A program made the position numbers and the translations under genes. Shown in pieces: positions 1 through 7,710 of a DNA stretch of 22,859 nucleotides. Under the pieces are notes generated by a model, which was not told where the DNA came from, searched no databases, and was given only the letters and a program-made list of their open reading frames with translations. Source of the stretch: Pseudobdellovibrionaceae bacterium (GTDB lineage Bacteria > Bdellovibrionota > Bdellovibrionia > Bdellovibrionales > Bdellovibrionaceae). Location of the stretch: NCBI GenBank assembly GCA_044359815.1, contig JBIKLL010000040.1, positions 1 through 22,859 on the forward strand, in the 5' to 3' direction. Position 1 is the stretch's first letter; every line of letters begins with the position of its first letter.

Positions 1-690
1 AAAGTTTCTACCCATCTGAAACAGATTGAAAACGTACTCAGGGATAAACTTTCAGAAATTGGTTTTTATCTGATGAAGCCGATGAACAGCAATTTATACA
101 ATCTGAATTGGGATGCTATATCCAGACTGGACAGCCGGTTGGAGGACCGCATTGATTTTGCGAAATCTTACAATGCGCAAATGATTATAGTTGGCGAAAT
201 CGAAATCAAAGCAAAGGACAATAAAATCTTTGAAATTCTGATGAGTCTATCAGCCTATCAAACATTGAATCGCAGATTAGTTGCTGAAGTGGTCAGAAAA
301 TTTGATACAGCTCCTGGCAGTTATGATTTTGTTGTCCCCAAAAAATTAGAGCAAGCCTATGCTCAAGTTTTTCAAGATCTTTCAAATCAGATTTTTGATA
401 CTTGGCAAAAGGGAACCCTGGGGTCATCGGTTTACAAGCTGACCTTGAAAGGCAAATTGCCCTTGCTACAACAAGAAGCTTTTAAGGAATTAGTACGAAG
501 CCGGGCCTTGGATATAAAAAACATCCGTGAACGCTTTATGACTTTGTCGTCGACTATTTATGAGTTTGATTCAACAGCTAGCCCCAAAGACATTTCAACC
601 AAACTGAATAATTTAGAATTAGCGGGATTTAAATTTGTGATTGAGTCAGCGAACGATGAAGCTATAGTTTTGAACAGCTTAAAAAGATAA
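1..690 (+). CDS. Hypothetical protein, 5'-truncated by the window edge
   Basis: The frame of ORF 73..690 is open back to base 1 (AAA GTT TCT ACC..., no stop), so the true start is upstream. No family recognised. Confidence 0.75.
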   Translation, partial: KVSTHLKQIENVLRDKLSEIGFYLMKPMNSNLYNLNWDAISRLDSRLEDRIDFAKSYNAQMIIVGEIEIKAKDNKIFEILMSLSAYQTLNRRLVAEVVRKFDTAPGSYDFVVPKKLEQAYAQVFQDLSNQIFDTWQKGTLGSSVYKLTLKGKLPLLQQEAFKELVRSRALDIKNIRERFMTLSSTIYEFDSTASPKDISTKLNNLELAGFKFVIESANDEAIVLNSLKR

Positions 691-761
691 TTGATTATAG
701 ACTGAATTTGTAACTGAGAAATTGTTTATTGAATCGAACATATGATGCGAATGAGGAATTT

Positions 762-1718
762 ATGACTAACACTCCGACCGTAGATTTTATTAAACTCAGC
801 TTTTGGCCCTGTTTTTTGGGACTCATTTTATCAGGTTGTGCCTTACTGGAACCCAAACAAGAGGTTAAAAAAACAATCAAAGATGTACCGGCCACGGCCC
901 GCAAAGAAGATGCATCTCCCAGACAGCGTCTGGTGATTTTACCTTTTTTGGATGACAATCGTGATCGTCCGCAAGGCATGAGGGATCAATCCAGGGATGA
1001 GTTTATTCATCTGCTAAATAAAACAAAAGACGTGATTGTGATCGACAGTAAGGACATCAAGCTTGATCTGAAATCCCATGTGAATTCCAACAACGAATAC
1101 AGCATGGTGGCCATTGCCAAAGAAGCTGCCAGACTGGGAGCCAGTGCTGTGCTGGAAGGTAAAGTTATTGATATTCAGATTAAAAAATCTGCTGATGAAG
1201 TCGGTGTTTTCAGAACCATGAAAACCAAATTTGAATGCAAAGTCAGGGTCAGAATTTTTGCATCCAGAACTGCCCGTGAACTGTATAATGTGACAAAAAC
1301 CGTAACCGTTGAGGAATCAAACGTGCGCGTAGCTGAAAACGTAGACACCGATAAATTTCTGAAAGCCAATCCAGTTATTATTGCTAATTTGCTGACCGAG
1401 AGCTTTATAGATTTTAATCCCGCCATATTGGATACGATGAGTAAAATGAATTGGGAAGGCCGTATTGCCGTGATTAACGGTGATAGGGTTTATTTAAATG
1501 TGGGCAGAATTTCTGGAGTTAATGTCGGAGATATTTTAAAAGTCACAGAAGACGGAGATGAAATTTATGACCCGCAAACCGGGGGTTATATTGGTAAAGT
1601 TTCTGGTAGACTGAAAGGCACATTGGAAGTAGTAAGCTACTTCGGTCAAGACGGTGCTGTTGCCATCATTCATTCGGGTGCTGGTTTTAAGGAAAACGAC
1701 AGGGTTGAGCTTTACTGA
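762..1718 (+). CDS. Lipoprotein with a CsgG/FlgT-like alpha/beta domain and an FlgT C-terminal-like domain
   Basis: GAGG RBS before ATG 762. Lipobox LILSGC. RLVILPFLD and GASAVLEGKV segments are typical of CsgG/FlgT-M folds. C-terminal GRIAVINGDRVYLNVGRISGVNVGD...IYDPQTG is typical of FlgT_C. Confidence 0.7.
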   Translation: MTNTPTVDFIKLSFWPCFLGLILSGCALLEPKQEVKKTIKDVPATARKEDASPRQRLVILPFLDDNRDRPQGMRDQSRDEFIHLLNKTKDVIVIDSKDIKLDLKSHVNSNNEYSMVAIAKEAARLGASAVLEGKVIDIQIKKSADEVGVFRTMKTKFECKVRVRIFASRTARELYNVTKTVTVEESNVRVAENVDTDKFLKANPVIIANLLTESFIDFNPAILDTMSKMNWEGRIAVINGDRVYLNVGRISGVNVGDILKVTEDGDEIYDPQTGGYIGKVSGRLKGTLEVVSYFGQDGAVAIIHSGAGFKENDRVELY

Positions 1719-1738
1719 TGCTGCTTTGGAGCTTGTAA

Positions 1739-2386
1739 ATGCTAGAAAACTTAAAAGTTCAGGAGCCCTATCATTTTCTGCCTCCTACATTGCCTGAATG
1801 GATAGGTTTAAAAAAATATACTGACGTTTACAATTTGCAGATTTCGACGGCCAATCAAATCAGAAACACAGATAAAATTGCATTTATTGGCTGTGAACAC
1901 CCAACAGTAGTTACCCTGGGAAAAAGAGGAAGCTCAGCTGATATACTGAATCCATCGGTTGAATTTGTTGAAACTGATAGGGGAGGTTTAGCAACCCTGC
2001 ATAGCCCAGGTCAGCTGGTTGTTTATCCGGTGATTGATTTAAAACAAAATAATCTTACTGTGCGCGAATACGTCAATTTATTGCTGTACACGACCCAATG
2101 TTTTTTGGATGAGCACAAGATTAAAACATTTAGAAAATGCGAAACCGGAATTTTTACTGATTTTGGTAAAATTGGTTTTGTGGGCATAAGAGTCAATGAT
2201 CATGTTGCTTATCACGGAGTCTCTATAAATGTTCAAAACGATTTGAATCTGTTTAGACTGATTAGGCCCTGCGGTATGCAGGAAGCCCACATGGATTCGA
2301 TGTCGCAGGTAACGGGTAAAAAGTTTGAGCTGCAGGATCTGTATTTGAAATGGGTTAGAACCTTTGTTATGTTAAAGCATCTTTAG
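1739..2386 (+). CDS. lipB: Octanoyltransferase (lipoyl(octanoyl) transferase) LipB
   Basis: Motifs EHPTVVTLGKRG, TDRGGLATLHSPGQLVVYPVIDL, KIGFVGIRV, HGVSINV and the catalytic PCG. Confidence 0.93.
   Translation: MLENLKVQEPYHFLPPTLPEWIGLKKYTDVYNLQISTANQIRNTDKIAFIGCEHPTVVTLGKRGSSADILNPSVEFVETDRGGLATLHSPGQLVVYPVIDLKQNNLTVREYVNLLLYTTQCFLDEHKIKTFRKCETGIFTDFGKIGFVGIRVNDHVAYHGVSINVQNDLNLFRLIRPCGMQEAHMDSMSQVTGKKFELQDLYLKWVRTFVMLKHL
2345..2373 (+). promoter_or_regulatory. Candidate sigma70-type promoter for tRNA-Val, embedded in the 3' end of lipB
   Basis: TTGAAA(2345-2350)-17 bp-TATGTT(2368-2373), ending 17 nt before the tRNA. Only 4 nt separate the lipB stop from the tRNA. Confidence 0.5.
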
Positions 2387-2390
2387 CGAT

Positions 2391-2466
2391 GATCCCTTGG
2401 CGCAGTTGGTAGCGCGTTTCCTTGACATGGAAAAGGTCAGTGGTTCAAGTCCACTAGGGATCACCA
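2391..2466 (+). tRNA. tRNA-Val (anticodon GAC)
   Basis: Full cloverleaf: acceptor GATCCCT/AGGGATC, D-stem GCGC/GCGC, anticodon stem TTTCC/GGAAA with loop TT-GAC-AT, T-arm AGTGG-TTCAAGT-CCACT, discriminator A and encoded CCA. Confidence 0.97.
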
Positions 2467-2551
2467 GTTTTTTAGTTGAATCAACCCCTGAATAAATCTA
2501 AAAGTAGAGTCTAGCAAAAGATCTTAAAAAATTTAAAGCAGAGGGGGCTTT

Positions 2552-3256
2552 ATGAAATTAATCGCAACTTTACTGTCAGTGATTTTATTGTTTTCACAAA
2601 TGGGTTTTGCAGATGATGCTTTGCGAATCAAGGCACTGAAAGATCAAATTATAACCATGGCCAAGGATTTTGAAGGGCAGGGGGATGCTGATTTTTCAAA
2701 ACAAAAAGCCTTGGATGTTTTGGTTGAAGAATTAGTTCTTTTAGCACCGCAGAAACCTGTGAAGGACAGAATCAGCGTTATCGCTGGGGTTTGGCGACAA
2801 GTGTGGGGCAAATACGACTACCGCAATGAAGACCGAGGCATAGATCCTGAATTAGGTATTGAAGAAATTTATCAAGTCGTAAATGAAAAAGGTTATTACT
2901 ACAACGTATCCTATTTGTATAAAGACGGTGACAGAAACCAAAAACGAATTGGCTTGTTGCGAGGTAAGTTTAAATTAGACAAGCAAGATTCGAATTCTTT
3001 AAAAGTAAAGTTCACCGACTACCCCGGTGCCAGTAAAAAATCAGATAATGTTCCATTGTGGGCATTAGCTGAAATGGCAGAGAATAAAACACTTCCAAAC
3101 AGAATCACTATTGTGTCTTCTTGGATTGTGCGATGGTTTTTTGGTGGCGGAACTTTGCGTGAAGCCTACACTGACAAAGATTTGCGCATCGTTTACGGAG
3201 CCAGCGGCGGAGTCAAAGAAAACGAAACCATTTATGTGATGACAAGGGTTCAATAA
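2552..3256 (+). CDS. Secreted PAP/fibrillin-like (lipocalin-like fold) protein
   Basis: RBS GAGGGGG. Sec signal peptide (…MGFA-DD). The pattern LKDQII...LVEELVLLAP...IAGVWRQVW...IYQVV...GTLREAYTDKDLRI resembles fibrillin GxW and TYLDxDLRI motifs. Confidence 0.6.
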   Translation: MKLIATLLSVILLFSQMGFADDALRIKALKDQIITMAKDFEGQGDADFSKQKALDVLVEELVLLAPQKPVKDRISVIAGVWRQVWGKYDYRNEDRGIDPELGIEEIYQVVNEKGYYYNVSYLYKDGDRNQKRIGLLRGKFKLDKQDSNSLKVKFTDYPGASKKSDNVPLWALAEMAENKTLPNRITIVSSWIVRWFFGGGTLREAYTDKDLRIVYGASGGVKENETIYVMTRVQ

Positions 3257-3293
3257 CCCTTTAGGTTGGGCCTCAAAATTAAAGGAGGCCTCA

Positions 3294-3647
3294 ATGCCTT
3301 ATGAAATTTATAATTTTATTCACATCCTGGGTTTAATTTTGGTTGTATATAGTTTCGGTATCGCATTTTTAAGATCAACGGGACAGGATAAGCGCAAATG
3401 GCCCATGATGATTAATGGCATTGGGTTGGCTTTGATTTTATTAGGTGGGTTTGGCATGGCTGCTCGATTGGGCTACACCACAGGGTTTCCGACCTGGGTT
3501 TTATTTAAAATTGGTTTTTGGGTAGTTTTAGGTTTTATCCCTGTGATTTTACGCAAATTTAGCGCTCCAGCCTATGTTTCGGCACTGGCTCAGATCGGAT
3601 TAGTGCTGGTGGCCGCAGGTTTCGGGATTTTTAAACCAATGAGCTAA
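3294..3647 (+). CDS. Small four-TM membrane protein (SirB2-like)
   Basis: Strong RBS AAGGAGG. Four hydrophobic helices, N-terminal Y..IH and PxWxxxK motifs. Confidence 0.65.
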   Translation: MPYEIYNFIHILGLILVVYSFGIAFLRSTGQDKRKWPMMINGIGLALILLGGFGMAARLGYTTGFPTWVLFKIGFWVVLGFIPVILRKFSAPAYVSALAQIGLVLVAAGFGIFKPMS

Positions 3648-3691
3648 GCTCGGGCAAAGCTGATAATAGATATTTCAGCTATTAAAAAGTC

Positions 3692-3718
3692 CATAGCGCC
3701 CCATCACAAAAACCGATA
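3692..3718 (+). promoter_or_regulatory. Candidate sigma28 (FliA)-type promoter
   Basis: CATAG-N16-CCGATA, ending 10 nt before ATG 3729. Good -10 element, weak -35. Confidence 0.35.
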
Positions 3719-3728
3719 GATCAAAGCC

Positions 3729-4772
3729 ATGGCAAATTCTGTGGTTATATTTTTGATTCAAGTCATTTTTCTTGTGGGACCTTCGCAATCTGTCGCCATC
3801 AATGCACAGGCTCAATCGCAATCTAAAAATCAAACAATCTCGGAATCAGATCAGGAGCTAGAGTCCCTGACTGTCACTGAATTGCTTAAAAAAATTCAAG
3901 GTTCTGATCTTAAAAACGTCCAACGGTTGTTAAAAATTGTCGAAAAATCCGAATATTTTAAAAAGGCCCATGTTATTCAATTGATATTTTTAGTACACGC
4001 TCAATCAGATTATCAGACAGAATTGTTATTGATAGATTTTATCGCTAAAAAAATATCTGAACTGTATTACAACACCAAGGCTGACCAAAATGAACTTTTG
4101 ATTATCAAAAATTTGGTAAAAACCCTGAATGCCAGACATCCCTACCGACAAACTCTGTTTGATATTTTGCATTCTAAAAATTTATTAACCCCACAGGACA
4201 TTGAGCTGGTGGCTTTGTTTTTACCACCACTTAAGCATAAAAGCTCTCGGCAGAAATTGGATATATTGTACCCACTATTGAGCGCAGGATTTCAGCACGC
4301 AAAACCTGAAACTCAAGAACTGATTTTACAAAAAATCTCAGCCAGTAATTTGGCTTCATTTTCCAAATCCATATTGCTGTTTAATGTCGGGGACAGAAAT
4401 ATTTATCACATTAAAAATCTGATCAGGCTTTTTGCGGATGAACATTCTAAATATTTAAAGTCACTGGATCCGAAAAGTGATTTTGTCTATAAGCCCCATC
4501 CTTCAGTGAACACTGGGGATTACGATGAGGTATTAAGCGAAATTAATAAATTATTGTTTACGCAGACAGTGGCGGGCAGCCGTTTAAGGTCTTACGTGGC
4601 ACAAATCAGAAAGCATTTTAAACATGGCTTAACCAATGGCTCTGATTCAGAAGGCATCGATGATAAATACCGGCTGGAATTTATTAACCTGTTTGATAAT
4701 GGAAATTTTAGATTGTATTCGCCCAATGTTGAAAACAAGTGCGATTATGTCTTTGCCAAAAGATTTTTTTGA
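3729..4772 (+). CDS. Secreted hypothetical protein, predicted alpha-helical
   Basis: 347-aa ORF with a hydrophobic N-terminal signal and Leu-rich helical composition. Its only Cys lies in the C-terminal KCDYVF. Confidence 0.75.
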   Translation: MANSVVIFLIQVIFLVGPSQSVAINAQAQSQSKNQTISESDQELESLTVTELLKKIQGSDLKNVQRLLKIVEKSEYFKKAHVIQLIFLVHAQSDYQTELLLIDFIAKKISELYYNTKADQNELLIIKNLVKTLNARHPYRQTLFDILHSKNLLTPQDIELVALFLPPLKHKSSRQKLDILYPLLSAGFQHAKPETQELILQKISASNLASFSKSILLFNVGDRNIYHIKNLIRLFADEHSKYLKSLDPKSDFVYKPHPSVNTGDYDEVLSEINKLLFTQTVAGSRLRSYVAQIRKHFKHGLTNGSDSEGIDDKYRLEFINLFDNGNFRLYSPNVENKCDYVFAKRFF

Positions 4773-4811
4773 TCACTCAATACCTGCGACGCCCTTAGCT
4801 TAAGAGCTTAT

Positions 4812-4952
4812 TTATTGAAAATAGCTGTAGGTTAAAGACAGATTGAGTTCTGAATGACTGCAGTCGCCAGGTAATCCGAACCCAAAGTCATCGTTGTCAC
4901 CAGTCGTAATCAGTGTCACCGTATGCGGGGCCGCTACAGATTTGCCGGCGAG
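4812..4952 (-). pseudogene. C-terminal remnant of a protein gene (no start codon)
   Basis: The minus frame reads ...LAGKSVAAPHTVTLITTGDNDDFGFGLPGDCSHSELNLSLTYSYFQ-stop (TAA at 4814-4812), a protein-like beta-strand C-terminus. There is no ATG before the next upstream in-frame stop. Not in the ORF track. Confidence 0.5.
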
Positions 4953-5438
4953 ACGATAACAGCTTGGAATCCAATCACCAGTGGCGGAGCAATCACAACG
5001 ATGGCAAATTCTGGAGCTAATTTAATTGTGGGTGGAACCTTCACTTCTTTAGGTGGAGTTCCCAGAAATTATTTAGCAATGTATGACACCAATAATCCTA
5101 TACCCACTTTGATGCCATGGAATCCAAATCCCAATGGATTTGTCAGCGACGTTCGACTTGCAAATGGAAATTTATATATTTCTGGCAATTACAGCTCCAT
5201 CGGTGGGGCTCTCAGGCCAGGCTTGGCTCATCTGGAGCTTGCCACAGGTAATGCCACTTCATGGACACCTCCTGCAGTCGTTGCCGCCAGACCGCCAGCA
5301 GTCTCTAATTTTAATGGATCAATGTTTTACCATTATGGAAAACAGCTTTATATTTATGGCAGGCATTATGTAGGCGATGATGGATTCACACGCGACCTGA
5401 TTGGCATCAATACACAAACGGGTGGATTAAGGCCTTAG
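4923..5438 (+). pseudogene. C-terminal fragment of a beta-propeller repeat surface protein
   Basis: Repeating blades (WNP...NLIVGGTFTSLGGVPRNYLA; WNPNPNG...NLYISGNYSSIGGALRPGLA; WTP) begin mid-repeat at ~4953. There is no signal peptide or RBS, and the first ~10 codons are the antisense of the neighbouring fragment. Confidence 0.65.
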
Positions 5439-5483
5439 GGAATCTGCGTTAGTTTAACTCAAATAATTTTCCTTTTTCGTGTG

Positions 5484-6446
5484 TCATTTTATTTTGTCTG
5501 TAAAATCCTTTTGATCGCTAGGTCGCCCCCTTAATCGCGGGCCGCTATCAGAAAGCCATCTTTTGACTTCAGTTTTTAAAACTCGGCGATGTCCGCCTGG
5601 GGTGATCATGGATTTCAATTCGCCACGGTCAATAGCCCTTCTGATGGTGTCTTTGTGACATTTCATTCTTAAGGCGATTTCCTCGGGACTGTAGGATTCC
5701 TCAGCATCCCAGTCGGGTGGAAAGTGGGCAGGGGACGGGGCTGGGATAGGCAGCCCCTGTTGCAGCATTTTACCCCTTTGATCCTCGGCCTTTTTCCAAG
5801 CTTTCAATATCTGTTCGCCAATCATGGCAAAGTATTTTCTCTTTTGTGAATCCTTTAATCTTTTGATGGACGGCAAGCTGTCGGTTTCGACTGCAAAATC
5901 AGGAATATAAATTTTGAGTGATTCAAACTCAGACCTTAAAACCAAAGGATATTCCTGAATACTGGTCAACCTATCCGCCGTTGATGTTTTACCAGAACGA
6001 ACTTTGCGGATCAGTTTTTTAAGGGTCTTTTGTTTTTTTAACTCAAGCCGTTCAAGCGCCTTTTTCTGATTTAACTTATTCTTTTTACTCTTATTAAACC
6101 CTTTTTTGAGAATTCTTGATTTTGTTTTAAACGATTTCTTGTCTCTGCGACTGGTTTTAAACTTTGCTTTTCTGGCAATGTGTTTTCGGTTTAAATTCTT
6201 ACGTTTTTTAAGGTTTTTCCCTACTGTTTTTGATCTTTTTTTGCTGTTTTTAAGGGAGGATTTAGTCTTTTTCCTGAAGACGACGGGTTTTTTAAATCGA
6301 CTGTTTTTACCCTTATTATTTCGGCCGCCTTTTTTTGCTGTTTTACCCTTTTTTGGCTTTCCGGCAAACTTAGGTTTTTTGGAACCACTGGCCCTCTTGT
6401 TTTTCAAACCATTTTTCCGCTTCTTCAAACCTTTTTTAGCAGCCAT
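5484..6446 (-). CDS. Excisionase/BldC-type (HTH_17, MerR-like) DNA-binding protein with a long Lys/Arg-rich N-terminal tail and C-terminal AT-hook-like motif
   Basis: GGGGG RBS before ATG 6446 (MAAKKG). The first ~153 aa are ~45% K+R. HTH: YSPEEIALRMKCHKDTIRRAIDRGELKSMITPGGHRRVLKTEVKRWL (~5553-5693), followed by PRLRGRPS. Confidence 0.85.
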   Translation of the reverse strand: MAAKKGLKKRKNGLKNKRASGSKKPKFAGKPKKGKTAKKGGRNNKGKNSRFKKPVVFRKKTKSSLKNSKKRSKTVGKNLKKRKNLNRKHIARKAKFKTSRRDKKSFKTKSRILKKGFNKSKKNKLNQKKALERLELKKQKTLKKLIRKVRSGKTSTADRLTSIQEYPLVLRSEFESLKIYIPDFAVETDSLPSIKRLKDSQKRKYFAMIGEQILKAWKKAEDQRGKMLQQGLPIPAPSPAHFPPDWDAEESYSPEEIALRMKCHKDTIRRAIDRGELKSMITPGGHRRVLKTEVKRWLSDSGPRLRGRPSDQKDFTDKIK

Positions 6447-6556
6447 TTTTACCCCCAAAATTGAAATTCAAAACCCTTTATAACCCTAAAAAACGGGTCA
6501 AATCATTGATAAAGCCATACAACAAAACCAAAGAAAAAAATCTATCAGATAAAATA

Positions 6557-6592
6557 GTCGCAAATGTCGCATTAAAAATAAAGCTTTATTTT
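6557..6592. promoter_or_regulatory. Candidate protein-binding sites in the divergent promoter region: GTCGCA direct repeat and an 18-bp perfect palindrome
   Basis: GTCGCA at 6557-6562 and 6566-6571 (9-bp period). AAAATAAAGCTTTATTTT at 6575-6592. Confidence 0.45.
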
Positions 6593-6612
6593 GTTGCCTG
6601 AGCTATTATTTA

Positions 6613-6640
6613 ATGTATTATAAGATTAGTTATCGTACAT
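6613..6640. other. dif/Xer-like tyrosine-recombinase core site (11-6-11)
   Basis: ATGTATTATAA-GATTAG-TTATCGTACAT. The arms are inverted at 9/11 positions (12/15 when extended), with the inner ATAA-N6-TTAT geometry of Xer dif sites, 106 bp upstream of the recombinase ATG. Confidence 0.7.
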
Positions 6641-6746
6641 AAAAGATTTGTGGGTTTTTACTTTTCAATTTTCAGTCTGAAAACCCAGGGATTTTGATGG
6701 TTTTTACGAATTTTTAATGAGTGTTTTTTAAAGGCAGGGGGATTAT

Positions 6747-7706
6747 ATGAGTCAAAAGCGAGGTCTAGATTCCAAATCAACCACTGAAAACAATCACCCA
6801 TTGCAAATCCAATCAAAAACCCAAGGTTTTTTAACTGATTTAACCCACCTTTCAGACAAGGAGCTTAAGCTTTTGACTTCTTGGTTGTTTTCTAGACCCA
6901 GAAACACGCAAAAGTCCTACAAAACTGAAATCGCCAAGTTTTTGCAGATGTATCCTGGCCTGCAGCTAAAAAACGTTGAAACCTTTCACGTAGTCAAATT
7001 TTTAAACGATCTTAAAAAATCAGGACTTAAAGAAGTCTCTATCAATCACGCCAGGGATGCCCTGTCGTCGATGTTTAATTACTTTGTGAAAACTCATTTT
7101 ATAGTTTCAAACCCCGTAAGCCCCATTGAGCGAAATAAAATCCCTGATCAAACAGCTCACCGAATACAAACCATGGATGAAACCTTGCTGATGATCAAAA
7201 AAGAACCTGATGAAAGAAACAGAATCATTATCAGGACTATTTTTGAAACCGGAGTCAGACGGGAAGAACTGTGCAAGCTTTGTTTTAACAATATCTATAA
7301 ATACGGAAGAAACTATTTTCTGACGGTCACAGGCAAAGGTTCAAAAACCAGGACCATTATGATTTCTAAAAGTTTATTTTTAAGCCTGGAATCGCTGATT
7401 AAAAATCCTGACGGCACATTGGCTCCTCGAAAGACCGAGGTTTTTAGATCCTACAGATTTCCCTATAAGGCTCTGACGGGGACTGATATTTACCGCATTA
7501 TCATCAAAGCCAGCCTTCGCTGTGGCAAAAAACGATCTCCGCACGAGGGGCGCCATGGACACGCCACCTTGGCCCTTGAAAAGGGTGCAGACCTTCGTGA
7601 AATCCAGTTTACCTTGGGACATGAATCTATAACAACCACGACGAAATACACTCACGTCAGACCAACACAGTCGACGACAAGATTTATAAGATTTAAAAAA
7701 ATATGA
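6747..7706 (+). CDS. Tyrosine recombinase/integrase, XerC/XerD-like
   Basis: GGGGG RBS. SAM-like N-terminal domain (NTQKSY...SINHARDALSSMFNY). Complete catalytic set: R (TGVRREE), K (GKGSKTR), HxxR (SPHEGRH), LGH and Y (TTKYTH). Confidence 0.93.
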   Translation: MSQKRGLDSKSTTENNHPLQIQSKTQGFLTDLTHLSDKELKLLTSWLFSRPRNTQKSYKTEIAKFLQMYPGLQLKNVETFHVVKFLNDLKKSGLKEVSINHARDALSSMFNYFVKTHFIVSNPVSPIERNKIPDQTAHRIQTMDETLLMIKKEPDERNRIIIRTIFETGVRREELCKLCFNNIYKYGRNYFLTVTGKGSKTRTIMISKSLFLSLESLIKNPDGTLAPRKTEVFRSYRFPYKALTGTDIYRIIIKASLRCGKKRSPHEGRHGHATLALEKGADLREIQFTLGHESITTTTKYTHVRPTQSTTRFIRFKKI

Positions 7707-7710
7707 TTGC

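Noticed and set aside
6106..6483. 125-aa Phe/Leu-rich plus-strand ORF that looks like a membrane protein
   Set aside because: It is the antisense shadow of the AAA/AAG-rich Lys tail of 5484..6446.
2391..7706. Classical tRNA-integrated island or prophage (tRNA-Val plus integrase)
   Set aside because: The recombinase is ~4.3 kb from the tRNA, I found no duplicate of the tRNA 3' end in the window, and there are no phage or conjugation genes.
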